DNA of 64,000 bases from Acidimicrobiaceae bacterium (GCA_030837965.1 JAUTXP010000051.1:21485-85484), one strand, 5' to 3'; counted from the first letter of the stretch, positions 46,255 to 56,186 are shown. Numbers and translations are program-made. Notes: generated by a model not told the origin, from the sequence alone.

Positions 46255-46782
46255 CTAGAGGGCTTGCAGCAGGCTCAACAGGTCGTCCGCATGCTCCTCC
46301 TCGACGGCAAGGATCTCCTCCATCAGCCGACGAGTGGTGGCGTCCTTGTCCCCCAGCCAGCGCGCGATCTCCTGATACGAAGCGATGGCGATGCGCTCGG
46401 CGACCAGGTCCTCCTTGACCATGTCCAACAGGCTGTCGCCCTCGACGTACTCGGCGTGCGATCGGGCCGTCAGCGTGCTCGGGTTGAAGTCGGGCTCGCC
46501 CTGCAACTGGGTGATGCGGGCCGCGAGCTGATCGGCGTGTACCAGCTCCTGGTTGGCGTGCTCGAGGAACTCGGCCGCCACCGGCCCCGCGTTGAGCCCC
46601 TCGGCAGTGAAGAAGTGCCGCTTGTAACGCAGGTAGCACACCAATTCGGTGGCCAAGGCCTCGTTCAGCACTGCGATCACCCGCACGCGGTCGGCGCCGT
46701 ACGCATCGGTGACCGGGCCCTCCTCCATCTTGTCCCGGGCCCGGGCCCGCAGCGTCTGCACGTCGGTGAGAAAGTCGCTCAT
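46255..46782 (-). CDS. ferritin-like (bacterioferritin family) protein
   Basis: 175 aa with a four-helix diiron pattern (NEALATELVCYLRY...EHANQELVHAD...LVAERIAIASY...EEEHADDL). Confidence 0.8.
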   Translation of the reverse strand: MSDFLTDVQTLRARARDKMEEGPVTDAYGADRVRVIAVLNEALATELVCYLRYKRHFFTAEGLNAGPVAAEFLEHANQELVHADQLAARITQLQGEPDFNPSTLTARSHAEYVEGDSLLDMVKEDLVAERIAIASYQEIARWLGDKDATTRRLMEEILAVEEEHADDLLSLLQAL

Positions 46783-46829
46783 GTCGACGTTCCTACCCTG
46801 CCGCTAGGGTCTGAGCCAACCACAACCGA

Positions 46830-46916
46830 CCACCGGGGAGCCCCATTGGGCTGAGAGGGGTGCGAGCGCACCCGACCCGTCGAACCTGATCCGGGTCATG
46901 CCGGCGAAGGGAGCAT
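46830..46916 (+). promoter_or_regulatory. TPP (THI-box) riboswitch
   Basis: GGGGAGCCCC...GGGCTGAGAGGGGTGCGAGCGCACCCGACCCGTCGAACCTGATCCGGGTCATGCCGGCGAAGGGAG matches the conserved CUGAGA / ACCUGAUCYGG..AAUGCCRGCG.AGGGA core. Its 3' GGGAG doubles as the SD of the downstream gene. Confidence 0.85.
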
Positions 46917-46918
46917 CC

Positions 46919-48271
46919 ATGGCCGCCACCAGCGCCCCACCGAGCGCGGACCTCTCGATCGACGTCCCCCGCACCCTGGCCGAGGCCCCGCCGCCCCGCC
47001 TCCTGACGGTCTGGGACCAAGGCGCGCTGTGGGGGAACCTCGGCATCTCGTTGCTGCTGCTGGTCAGCGCCACCTTCGTGCTGGCCCCTGACCCGGGCCT
47101 GCCCCCGCTGTCCCTGCTGGCCGCGTTCGTGGCCATCGGCGTGGGCAGCATCATCGGCAACCTGCTGCTCGGCCTCTCGGCCGTGCCCGGCGCCGAGACG
47201 GGCGCGCCCGCCATGGTGCTGCTGCGCGGGATGCTCGGCTGGCGGGGCTCGTGGGTGCCCACCGCGCTCAACATCCTCCAAAACGTCGGATGGGCCACCT
47301 TCGAGGTCATCATCATCGCCGAGTCGGCCGCCCACCTGACCCGCCCGGGCCTGCGGCCCTTCTTCATCGTGGCCGCGGGCGCCATTGCCACCCTCATGGC
47401 CATCCGGCCGCTCGGGGTGGTGCGCGGCGTGCTGAAGAAGGTGGCCGTGTGGGCCGTGCTCGCGTCCACCGCGTACCTGTTCGTGCGCGTCCTCAGCCAG
47501 CCCTTGCCGTCGTTGACGCAAGGGTCGTGGGCGGGCTTTTGGAAGGGCACCGACATCGTCATCGCCCTGCCCGCGTCGTGGATCCCGTTGGCCGCCGACT
47601 ACAGCCGCCACTCGCGCTCGAACCGGGCCGCGTTCGCAGGCGCATTCGGGGGCTACGGGCTGGCGCAGCTCCTGTTCTTCTCGCTCGGCGTGCTGGCCTA
47701 CAGCGCCTTTGCCCTGCAAGCCCCGCCGGGCGGACAGGTCGACGTGATCACGTCCATCCTCGCCGTCCCGGTCGGCGGTCTGGCCCTCATGATCCTCGTG
47801 TTCGACGAGCTCGACGAGGTGTTCGCCAACATCTACTCGACGGTCGTGTCGACGCAGAACATCGAGCCTCGACTGGACCGGCGCGTGCTGGCCGTGGTGG
47901 TCGGGGTGGTGGCCACGGTGCTCGCCCTCGTCCTCGACATCCGCAACTACGAGAGCTTCCTGCTGTTGCTCGGCTCGGTGTTCCTGCCCCTGTTCGGCGC
48001 CTTCGCGGTCGACTACTTCGTGCTGCGCAGGCGGCACTGGGACACGTCGGAAAGCGCGCGCCCTCGGTGGGAGATGCTCGTCCCCTGGCTGCTGGGCTTC
48101 GTCACCTACCAACTGGTGAACCCAGGCGGGGTGAGCTGGTGGGCCCGCTTCTGGGTGGCCCGCCAGCACAACCTGCACCTCACCGTGCCCACGTGGGCCA
48201 GCGCCTCGATCCTGTCGGTCGTGGTGGCCGCGGCCGCGGCCCTGGCCGTGGGCCGCCTGCGCAAGCGCTGA
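46919..48271 (+). CDS. cytX: NCS1-family permease, putative hydroxymethylpyrimidine transporter CytX
   Basis: 450-aa 12-TM permease directly behind the TPP riboswitch. The start is moved from 46898, which lies inside the aptamer, to ATG 46919. Confidence 0.8.
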   Translation: MAATSAPPSADLSIDVPRTLAEAPPPRLLTVWDQGALWGNLGISLLLLVSATFVLAPDPGLPPLSLLAAFVAIGVGSIIGNLLLGLSAVPGAETGAPAMVLLRGMLGWRGSWVPTALNILQNVGWATFEVIIIAESAAHLTRPGLRPFFIVAAGAIATLMAIRPLGVVRGVLKKVAVWAVLASTAYLFVRVLSQPLPSLTQGSWAGFWKGTDIVIALPASWIPLAADYSRHSRSNRAAFAGAFGGYGLAQLLFFSLGVLAYSAFALQAPPGGQVDVITSILAVPVGGLALMILVFDELDEVFANIYSTVVSTQNIEPRLDRRVLAVVVGVVATVLALVLDIRNYESFLLLLGSVFLPLFGAFAVDYFVLRRRHWDTSESARPRWEMLVPWLLGFVTYQLVNPGGVSWWARFWVARQHNLHLTVPTWASASILSVVVAAAAALAVGRLRKR

Positions 48272-48483
48272 CCCTCGGCGCCTCGACGCCCTCGGCGCCT
48301 CGACGCCCTCGGCGCAACGCCCACGTTTGCTGCGACGGCGCGCGGGCACAACCACGCCCAGTGGTGGGCAGGGCAGATGACATCGGGGTTCGGGCTGCGG
48401 GTCGGACAGGCAGACAGACGGGCCGTCTGGCGCGCCTGCGGGGCCGCAGGCCGCGGTGGCTGCCCCGCGTCGGCCGCAAGCGC

Positions 48484-50691
48484 ATGGCCCAGATCGCATT
48501 GGCCGCGGTGGCCCTGCTCGCGGTCATCGCCGTCGTCCCGCCATTTCGCCGGGCCGCGGCCCTGGGCCTGAGCAAGGTCGTGCTGGCCGCGGCATCGCCG
48601 TGGGCCCCGAGCATCGGCAACTTCGACGACCTGCCCACGGCCAGTCGGATCGTGGCCGCCGACGGCACCGAGCTGGCCCGGCTGGACGGGGCCCAGCGCC
48701 GCGAGCCGGTGTCCATCAAGCAGCTCCCGCCTCATGTGCCGCAAGCCGTGCTGGCCGCCGAGGACGGCAACTTCTACCACCACGGCGGCGTGGACCCGCA
48801 GGCCGTGCTCCGCGCCGTGGTGCGCAGCGCCGAGGGCCGCACGCAAGGCGGCAGCACCATCACGCAGCAGCTCGCCAAGATCAACTACACGAACTCGCAG
48901 CGCACCATCCTGCGCAAGCTGCGCGAGCTTCAGTACGCGGTGCGCCTGGAGAAGAAGTACACCAAGGACCAGTTGCTCGAGCGGTACCTCAACCAGGTCT
49001 ACTTCGGGGACGGGGCCTACGGCATCGCCGCCGCGGCCAAGACCTTCTTCGGCGTGGAGCCCGAGCAGCTCACCCCCGCGCAGGCGGCCATGCTGGCGGG
49101 CAAGATCCGCTCCCCCGAGGGGCTCGACCCGCGCACCAAGCCCGAGGCCATGATCGCCCGCCGCAACAGCGTGTTGGCCAACATGCGCCGCCATCACTGG
49201 CTCACGCCGGACCAGGCCGCGCAGGCCGAGGCCGAGCCCATGGCGTTGGCCGCCAACCCCACCGACGCGGCCGCCGCCGCGGCCCGCGCCCCGCACTTCG
49301 TCGAGTACGTGAAGCGCGAGGCCGCGACCATCGACGCGCTGGGCGGCTCGGCCGAGTCCCGCGGCCACCAACTCTTCACCGGCGGCTACACGGTGGAGAC
49401 CACCCTCGAACCGGCGTTGTACGACGAGGCGGCCGACGCCGTGCGCTCCACGTTGAGCGGCCCGGCCGACCCGGCCACGGCCATGGTCACCGTGCAACCG
49501 GGCGACGGCGCCATCCGCATGCTGTTCGGCGGGCTCACCTTCGACCGCAAGTTCGACGTGGCCAGCCAAGGCCGACGCCAGCCCGGCTCGTCGTTCAAGC
49601 CCTACGTCTACCTGGCCGCCATCCGCCACGGCATCAGCCCCCGCACCACGTTCGACTCGTCGTCGCCCAAGACGCTCCCCTACAAGGGCGGCAGCTTCAC
49701 GGTGAACAACTACGAGGGCGAAGGCTCGGGCCCGTCGGACATCGACAACGCCATGACGCACTCCATCAACGTGGTCTTCTCGCAACTGGCCCTGGCCACT
49801 GGGCTTGACAACGTGGTGCGCACGGCCGAGTCGGCCGGCATCCCCGAAGAGGTGTTGGCCAAGGACGGCGACAATCCGGCCATGGCCTTGGGCGGGCTCA
49901 CCAAGGGCTTGACCCCGTTGGAGCAGGCCGCGGCCTACGCCACGTTCGCGGCCAAAGGCGTGTACGCGTCGCCGTACTCGATCACGCGCATCAAGGACCG
50001 CACGGGCCGCGTCGTGTACACGCACTCGCCCAAGACGCGGCAGGCCTTCGACCCCAACGAGGTCGGCGTGCTCAACAACGCCCTCATGCAAGTGGTCAAG
50101 GCGGGCACGGGACGGGCCGCTGACATCGGCAGGCCGGTGGCGGGCAAGACGGGCACGACGCAGAACTACGGCGACGCCTGGTTCGTGGGCTTCGTGCCCC
50201 AGTTGGCCACCGCGGTGTGGGTGGGGTACCCGGACAAGATCGTGCCCATGACGTCGGTGCACGGCGTCAAGGTGGCCGGCGGCACCTTCCCGGCCCGCAT
50301 GTGGGCCGCGTACATGGTGCGCGCCGTCGAGTCCTTGCCGGTCAAGCAGATCGACACGGCCACGCCCGAGTCGTTGAGCCTGCACGTCCTCAACGAGGCT
50401 CCGCCCACGCTGCCCCCGCCGTCCACGACGCCCCTCGACTCGACCACGTCGTCCAGCTCCACCACGTCCAGCACGGTGACGGGGTTCGGCGGCGGCGCGG
50501 GCGGGTCCACCACCACGTCGTCGTCGCCAGGCGGGTCGACGACCACGACGGCCAAGCCCGCGACCACCACCACGTCGACCACCCAGAAGAAGCAGACGAC
50601 GACGTCGACGACCGCGCCCGCCACCACGACCACAGCCAAACCCACCACCAACACGACCGCGGGTGACAGTCGTCACCCCGGCCCTCCGTAA
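48484..50691 (+). CDS. class A penicillin-binding protein (transglycosylase/transpeptidase) with Ser/Thr-rich tail
   Basis: EDGNFYHHGGVD and GGSTITQQ (GT51), then SSFKP and KTGTT (transpeptidase). The C-terminal ~100 aa are S/T/P low complexity. Confidence 0.9.
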   Translation: MAQIALAAVALLAVIAVVPPFRRAAALGLSKVVLAAASPWAPSIGNFDDLPTASRIVAADGTELARLDGAQRREPVSIKQLPPHVPQAVLAAEDGNFYHHGGVDPQAVLRAVVRSAEGRTQGGSTITQQLAKINYTNSQRTILRKLRELQYAVRLEKKYTKDQLLERYLNQVYFGDGAYGIAAAAKTFFGVEPEQLTPAQAAMLAGKIRSPEGLDPRTKPEAMIARRNSVLANMRRHHWLTPDQAAQAEAEPMALAANPTDAAAAAARAPHFVEYVKREAATIDALGGSAESRGHQLFTGGYTVETTLEPALYDEAADAVRSTLSGPADPATAMVTVQPGDGAIRMLFGGLTFDRKFDVASQGRRQPGSSFKPYVYLAAIRHGISPRTTFDSSSPKTLPYKGGSFTVNNYEGEGSGPSDIDNAMTHSINVVFSQLALATGLDNVVRTAESAGIPEEVLAKDGDNPAMALGGLTKGLTPLEQAAAYATFAAKGVYASPYSITRIKDRTGRVVYTHSPKTRQAFDPNEVGVLNNALMQVVKAGTGRAADIGRPVAGKTGTTQNYGDAWFVGFVPQLATAVWVGYPDKIVPMTSVHGVKVAGGTFPARMWAAYMVRAVESLPVKQIDTATPESLSLHVLNEAPPTLPPPSTTPLDSTTSSSSTTSSTVTGFGGGAGGSTTTSSSPGGSTTTTAKPATTTTSTTQKKQTTTSTTAPATTTTAKPTTNTTAGDSRHPGPP

Positions 50692-50728
50692 GGGGTTTTT
50701 GGGCGGGTCCGGCTCTACTCTGGCCTGC

Positions 50729-53700
50729 ATGACATGCCCGTCGTGCGGAGCGGCCGCGCCAGAAGGCGCCCGCTTCTGCCCGTCGTGCGGCCATCCCCTC
50801 CAGGCCCGGGCCGACGAGCGCCGCGTGGTCACGGTCGTGTTCGCCGACCTGGTCGGCTTCACCACCCTGTCGGAGACCCGCGACCCCGAGCAGGTGAAGA
50901 ACCTCATCGACCGGTGCTTCTCCCGACTGGCCGAGGACGTGGGGACCTTCGGCGGCCAGGTCGACAAGATCGTGGGCGACGCCATGGTCGCCTTGTTCGG
51001 CGCCCCCGTCGCCCACGAGGACGACGGCGAGCGGGCCGTGCGGGCCGCGCTTCAGATGCAGGACACAGTGGCGGGCATGGCCGCCGACTTGGGCGGGCTG
51101 ACCGTGCGCATGCGCATCGGGGTGAACACCGGTGAGGTGCTGGTCGGCAATCTGCGGGCGGGGGGCGCGGCAGGCGACTACACGGCCATGGGCGACGTGG
51201 TCAACGTGGCCAGCAGGCTCCAGACCCAGGCCGCACCGGGCCAGGTCGTCGTCGGCCCCGGCACCTACTACGCCACCCGCGGCGTGGTCCGCTACCAGCC
51301 CCTCGGGCAGGTCCATGTGAAGGGCCGCGAAGAGCCGGTGGAGATGTGGCAGGCCCTCGGCGCCATCGCCCCGCCCGGCCACCGGCCCCGGCGTCAGGCC
51401 ACGCCCCTCGTCGGCCGCGAGGAGGAGCTGGGCGTGCTGTGCAACGGCCTGTCCCTCGCCCTCACCCGCAAGCGGGCCCACCTTGCGCTGCTGTTGGGCG
51501 AGGCGGGCATCGGCAAGACCCGCCTGGCTGAGGAGTTGGCGTCGGTGGCGGTCGACAAGTACTGCGCCCGTGTCCTCGAAGGCCGATGTCTCCCCTATGG
51601 GGAGGCCAACGTGTGGTGGCCCATTGCCGACGCCCTGCGCCAAGCGTGCGGCATCACGCCCGACGACGACTCGGCCGTGTCGGCCGACAAGTGCAGGGCC
51701 GCAGTCGGCGAGGCCTTGGGCCAGGCCGAGGACACGGCCGACGTGGCCCATGTGGACGAAGGCCTGCGCTATCTCATGGGCGACTGCGAAGCGTTGGTCG
51801 ACGTGGACGCGGCCCGCGCGCTCGACGATGCCCGCTGGTCGCTGCACACGTACTTGGAGGCGTTGGTGGCGCGGCGGCCGTTGGTCCTGGTGTTGTCCGA
51901 GCTGCACTGGGCTGATCCGCTGGTGCTGGAGCTGGTGGACCACCTCCTCGACCGCATGCGCAACCTGCCGTTCGTCCTCGTGGCCACGGCCCGGCCCGAG
52001 TTGGAGGAACGGTGGGCGCCCGCCGCGGGCCGCTTCAACCAGGTCATGCTCCACCTCGACCCGCTGCCCGACGAGGCGGCCCGCCAGATGCTCACCAGCC
52101 TGTTGGGCAGCGAGCCGCCTCCCGAGTTGCGCGACCTGCTGTTGGAGCGCAGCGGCGGCAACCCGTTCTTCCTCGAGGAGCTGGTGGCGTTGCTGGGCGA
52201 CACCGTGCGGCCCTCGGAACTGCCGGCCACGTTGCGGGGGTTGGTGTCGGCCCGGCTCGATGCGCTGACGCCGCGCGAGCGGGCTGTGCTGGAGGACGCG
52301 GCCGTGGTCGGTCGTAGTGGTCGACGCGAGACGGTGATGGCCCTGGCCGAGTCACGCGGCGACACCGGCGCCGACGACCTGCTCGACCAGTTGGCGGGCA
52401 AGGAGTTCCTGACCCTGGACGTGGACCGAGAGGGCACGTTCGAGTTCCGCTCCGAGCTGGTGCGCGAGGTCGCGTACGAGACGTTGACCAAGGGCGAGCG
52501 GGCCCGGCGCCACGCGGCGGTGGCCGACCGTCTCGAGACCCGCCTCAAGCAGACGGACAGGGAGGACGAGTTCCTCGAACTGCTGGCCCACCACTACGGC
52601 ATGGCCGCCGAACTGGTGCACGAGCTGGGCAGCGTCGATGGCGTACCCGCGGACGTGCGGGACAAGGCGTTGCGGGCCATCGAGCGGGCCGCCATCCGGG
52701 CCAAGCAGCGCGAGCTGCCGCGCCTCTCGCTGCGTCTGCTCGATTTGGCTCTGCGCCTTCTGCCCGACAAGGCCGAGCGTCACCGTCGGCTCGTCCTGTT
52801 GGAACGGGCCAAGGCCAAGACGACCTTGCGGGACCTGGCCGGCGCACGCGCCGACTTGATGGCGGGCATGAAGTCGGCCGAGGAGGCGGCCGACGAGTGG
52901 GACGTGGCCAGGGCTCTCACCATCAGGGGCGAGATCGAGCAGAAGGAGGACGACTACGCCGCGTCCGAACGCACGCTGACGGACGCGGTCGAGCGTCTGC
53001 GCGGCCTCGCCTCTGACGCAAGCACCGACGCCGACCGGGCGCATGAACATGACGCCGAGCTGTTGGGCGAGGCCTTGCGCCAGCGGGGCATGACCCGGCT
53101 GTTCGGTGGCGACCCGGCTGAGGCCGAGGCCGACATCGAGTCGGCCCTCACGGTGGCCAGGGAGTCGGGCGCGCGCCAGCAAGAAGCGTGGGCCTTGTGG
53201 AGCCTGGCCTGGAACGCCTTCGTGCAAAGCAGGCTGGGCGACGCCGAGCGCAGGCTGGACGAGGCCGAGACGCTGTTCCGCGAGATCGGCGATTGGGGCG
53301 CGGCGTCGTGGGCGCGGGGCCTGATGGGTTGGGTCCGCTACTTCCAAGGGCGCAGGCCGGAGGCCGAGCGTTTGGCCCTGAGCGTGCTGCCCAGCGCCCG
53401 GGACACGGGCGATCGTTGGGCCATCGCCATGACCTTGGTGCTGTTGTCGAGCGTGCGGCTGTGGGAGGGCCGCACCGACGAGGCCGTCGAGCCCGCCCGC
53501 GAGGCAGTCCGCCTGTTCGAGGAGATCGACGACGCCCGCGGCATCCTGCAAGCCAGTGCCACCGCGGCGCGTGCGCTGGCCGCCGCAGGACAACTGGCCG
53601 AGGCCCGACTGGCCTTGTCGTCGGCGGTGGACCGGGCCCACGCCGCGTCGCTCAACGAGATGCAGACGGGCGTGATGATCGCCACCGGGCTGCTGCAAGT

Positions 53701-54292
53701 GGGCGACGCCGACTCGGCCTTGCAACGGCTGGTCGAAAAGAACGTCGAGGTCAGCGTGGGCGGCGACATCGGGCAGAGCGAGGGCCGGGCCCTCATCGGC
53801 TTGGCCCTGTTGCAGTTGGGCGACGCCCGCCACGCGGTCGAGGAGTTGGAAAAGGCGGTGGACCATGCGCCCGCCGACGGGCCGCGGGCCAATGCCTTGG
53901 CCCTGCTCGGGCTGGCTCGAGTGTGCATGGGCGACGCCGCCGGCGCGCTGGCCGCAGTGGCCGACGTGCCCGGCATCGAGGCCGGCACCTACGCGGACAG
54001 GAGCATGGCCGAGCTGGTGACCGGGCTGGCGAACGTCCACCTCGGGCTGCCCGATGCCGCGGTGGCCGCCTTCGACCGGGCCGTCGCCACCGTCGACGCC
54101 ACCGGCGACCGACTCTTCCAAGCCGTCCTGCGACTGGGCGCGGCCGAGGCCTTGGCCGCGGTCGAGCACCCGACTGCCGCAGCCCTGCGGGACGAGGCCG
54201 AGTCGAGGCTGACGGCCATGGGCGTGGGCGCCGCGGGCTGGCGCAACCTGTTCCGGCTGGCCGCGTCGGCCACCACGTTCCTCCGCCGCTGA
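50729..54292 (+). CDS. zinc-ribbon / class III adenylate-guanylate cyclase / AAA(STAND) ATPase / TPR multidomain protein
   Basis: CPSCG...CPSCG, then VVFADLVGFT...GDAMVALFG (cyclase), then Walker A GEAGIGKTRL, then a long helical-repeat C-terminus. Confidence 0.85.
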   Translation: MTCPSCGAAAPEGARFCPSCGHPLQARADERRVVTVVFADLVGFTTLSETRDPEQVKNLIDRCFSRLAEDVGTFGGQVDKIVGDAMVALFGAPVAHEDDGERAVRAALQMQDTVAGMAADLGGLTVRMRIGVNTGEVLVGNLRAGGAAGDYTAMGDVVNVASRLQTQAAPGQVVVGPGTYYATRGVVRYQPLGQVHVKGREEPVEMWQALGAIAPPGHRPRRQATPLVGREEELGVLCNGLSLALTRKRAHLALLLGEAGIGKTRLAEELASVAVDKYCARVLEGRCLPYGEANVWWPIADALRQACGITPDDDSAVSADKCRAAVGEALGQAEDTADVAHVDEGLRYLMGDCEALVDVDAARALDDARWSLHTYLEALVARRPLVLVLSELHWADPLVLELVDHLLDRMRNLPFVLVATARPELEERWAPAAGRFNQVMLHLDPLPDEAARQMLTSLLGSEPPPELRDLLLERSGGNPFFLEELVALLGDTVRPSELPATLRGLVSARLDALTPRERAVLEDAAVVGRSGRRETVMALAESRGDTGADDLLDQLAGKEFLTLDVDREGTFEFRSELVREVAYETLTKGERARRHAAVADRLETRLKQTDREDEFLELLAHHYGMAAELVHELGSVDGVPADVRDKALRAIERAAIRAKQRELPRLSLRLLDLALRLLPDKAERHRRLVLLERAKAKTTLRDLAGARADLMAGMKSAEEAADEWDVARALTIRGEIEQKEDDYAASERTLTDAVERLRGLASDASTDADRAHEHDAELLGEALRQRGMTRLFGGDPAEAEADIESALTVARESGARQQEAWALWSLAWNAFVQSRLGDAERRLDEAETLFREIGDWGAASWARGLMGWVRYFQGRRPEAERLALSVLPSARDTGDRWAIAMTLVLLSSVRLWEGRTDEAVEPAREAVRLFEEIDDARGILQASATAARALAAAGQLAEARLALSSAVDRAHAASLNEMQTGVMIATGLLQVGDADSALQRLVEKNVEVSVGGDIGQSEGRALIGLALLQLGDARHAVEELEKAVDHAPADGPRANALALLGLARVCMGDAAGALAAVADVPGIEAGTYADRSMAELVTGLANVHLGLPDAAVAAFDRAVATVDATGDRLFQAVLRLGAAEALAAVEHPTAAALRDEAESRLTAMGVGAAGWRNLFRLAASATTFLRR

Positions 54293-54339
54293 CGCGTGCG
54301 CCGCTGAGCCTGGCCCCGGCCCCCGACAGTCCGTGCCAT

Positions 54340-54395
54340 CCCTTTCTTGTCAGGGTGCCGGGCGAAGACGTCGAACCCAGGATGACAAGAACGGG
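54340..54395. repeat. degenerate relative of family B element (B3)
   Basis: cccTTTCTTGTCA...TGACAAGAAcgggg forms a 9-bp stem plus flanking CCC/GGG. It shares CTTGTC, GGGCGAAGA, GGTGCC and AGAACGGGG strings with B1. It lies between convergent gene ends. Confidence 0.4.
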
Positions 54396-54444
54396 GAGGC
54401 GCGCCTAACCGGGGGCGGGGCAGGACGGGTTATGGCAGGACGGG

Positions 54445-55509
54445 TCATGGCAGGACGAGGTGGGCGTCGCCGAACTCGTGCCACAGATAGCCCTCGTCCA
54501 GCGCGGCCTGGTACGACACTTCGAGCAACGGCCTTCCGGCGATGGCTTCGAGCATGGCCAAGTGCGAGGCCCGCGGCTCGTGCCAGCCGGTGAGCAGCCC
54601 GTCCACCACGCGCGCGCCCCCGTCGGGCGTGACCACATGGTCGGTCCAGCCTTGGCCCGGATGGGCATGGCCTCGGTCGTCGGCCACGGACTCCAAGGCC
54701 CGCACGACAGTGGTGCCGATGGCCACGACCCGTCCGCCCCATTCATGGGCCGCGTTCACCCGACGGGCCGTGTCGGCCGGGACGCGGTAGGGCTCGGGGA
54801 AGGGCGGCTCGCCCGCCTCTTGCGACGACACGCCCGCGTGCAAGGTGATGGGCGCCACGCCGATGCCGCGGGCCACCAGCGCGGTCAGCACGTCGGCCGT
54901 GAAGCCTCGTCCCGCGCTGGCCATCTCCGCGCTGCCCGGCTCCAGCGCGTAGACGTTCTGGTACGCGCTCAACGGCCAGGGTCGGGGCACATGCGCGTAG
55001 CGGATGGGCCTGCCGTAGCGGGCCAGGAAGCCGTGCACCGTGCCCGGCACGCGAACGACGGCGGCCCACAGCCGAGGGACGTCGGTGCCCAGCGGGTAGG
55101 GCGTCAGCAGCTCGGCATCGGCCCCGCCGGGCAGCGCCAGTCGCAAGCCGGGTCGTCCGTCGAAGAACGGGCGGGCGCCACCGTCGCATCGAAGCTCGAC
55201 CACCCATCCACCCGCGGGCAGCGGGGTCGACAGGTGCAGGGTGACGGCGTCCCCCTCGGGCGTGGTCGCGTCGACGGCGGCGGGCAGGGTGGACGACACG
55301 TTGATGACCACGAGGTCGCCCGCCTTCAAGAAGCGGGGCAGGTCGCTGAAGTGGGCGTGGTCGATGTGATTGGTGGACCGGGACGCGACCATCAGGCGCA
55401 CGGCGTCGCGGGTGAGGCCCCGGGCCTCGGCGGGCTCGCTCGCTTCCAGTTCGGCGGGCAGCACGAAGTCGTAGCTGTCGAGCAGGGAGGCGGCCGGGAT
55501 GGCGGTCAC
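54445..55509 (-). CDS. queA: S-adenosylmethionine:tRNA ribosyltransferase-isomerase (QueA) family protein
   Basis: 354 aa starting at GTG 55509, with GGAGG 7 nt upstream. It is collinear with QueA (YDFVLP..., LHAGVSS..., VVAIGTTVVRALES, GWHEPRASHL). Confidence 0.75.
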   Translation of the reverse strand: MTAIPAASLLDSYDFVLPAELEASEPAEARGLTRDAVRLMVASRSTNHIDHAHFSDLPRFLKAGDLVVINVSSTLPAAVDATTPEGDAVTLHLSTPLPAGGWVVELRCDGGARPFFDGRPGLRLALPGGADAELLTPYPLGTDVPRLWAAVVRVPGTVHGFLARYGRPIRYAHVPRPWPLSAYQNVYALEPGSAEMASAGRGFTADVLTALVARGIGVAPITLHAGVSSQEAGEPPFPEPYRVPADTARRVNAAHEWGGRVVAIGTTVVRALESVADDRGHAHPGQGWTDHVVTPDGGARVVDGLLTGWHEPRASHLAMLEAIAGRPLLEVSYQAALDEGYLWHEFGDAHLVLP

Positions 55510-56186
55510 GACGTGACCTCCGACCCCCGATAGCGGCCGCCGGGCCGGTCGCCGTCGATGAGGGCGAGCAGGCCGGGCACGGCCGTTTCGGGCGGGGGCC
55601 GGTCCGAGATGTCCTCGCCGGGGAAGGCGTCTTGGTGCATCTGGGTGCGCATGTCGCCGGGGTCCACGGCGTAGACGCGCACGTCGGGCTCCTCGGCGTC
55701 GAGGATGCGGCTGAGATGGTCGAGGGCCGCCTTCGACGACCCGTACCCGCCCCATCCCTCATACGGCTCGACCGACGCGTCGGACGTGATGTTGAGGATG
55801 CGCCCATTGGCCGTGCGCAGATGCGGCAGCGCGGCTTGGGCCAGGGCGAGGGGCGCAACCACGTTGACCTCGTAGACGGTGCGCAGCACGTCGAGCGGGT
55901 AGTCGGCCAACGGCGGCTGCGGACTGGGGCCGAGCACGCTGGCGTTGTTGACCAGCAGGTCGATCCCGCCCAGGCCCGCCGCGGTATCGACGAGGGCCTG
56001 GCGATGGGCCGGGTCGGTGACATCGCCAGGAACGGCGACCACCTTGCCGGGGAGCGGTGCCACCGCGTCGCGCAGGGCATCGGCCCCTCGAGCGTCCACC
56101 ACCACGGCCCAGCCCCGCTCGGCCAAGGCCTCGGCCAAGGCCAGTCCCAGCCCTCTGGATGCACCGGTCACGATTGCCGTCCCCAT
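55506..56186 (-). CDS. SDR family oxidoreductase
   Basis: 226 aa with TGASRGLG, NNAS and YGSSK. GGGAGG lies 5 nt upstream of the ATG. Confidence 0.85.
   Translation of the reverse strand: MGTAIVTGASRGLGLALAEALAERGWAVVVDARGADALRDAVAPLPGKVVAVPGDVTDPAHRQALVDTAAGLGGIDLLVNNASVLGPSPQPPLADYPLDVLRTVYEVNVVAPLALAQAALPHLRTANGRILNITSDASVEPYEGWGGYGSSKAALDHLSRILDAEEPDVRVYAVDPGDMRTQMHQDAFPGEDISDRPPPETAVPGLLALIDGDRPGGRYRGSEVTS

Noticed and set aside
46898-46918. ATG 46898 as the start of the permease gene
   Set aside because: It lies inside the conserved 3' half of the TPP aptamer. ATG 46919 has the GGGAG SD at proper spacing.
54365-54385. GGGTTCGA string (tRNA T-loop-like) inside element B3
   Set aside because: There is no complementary T-stem, acceptor stem or anticodon arm around it. 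No tRNA could be folded.
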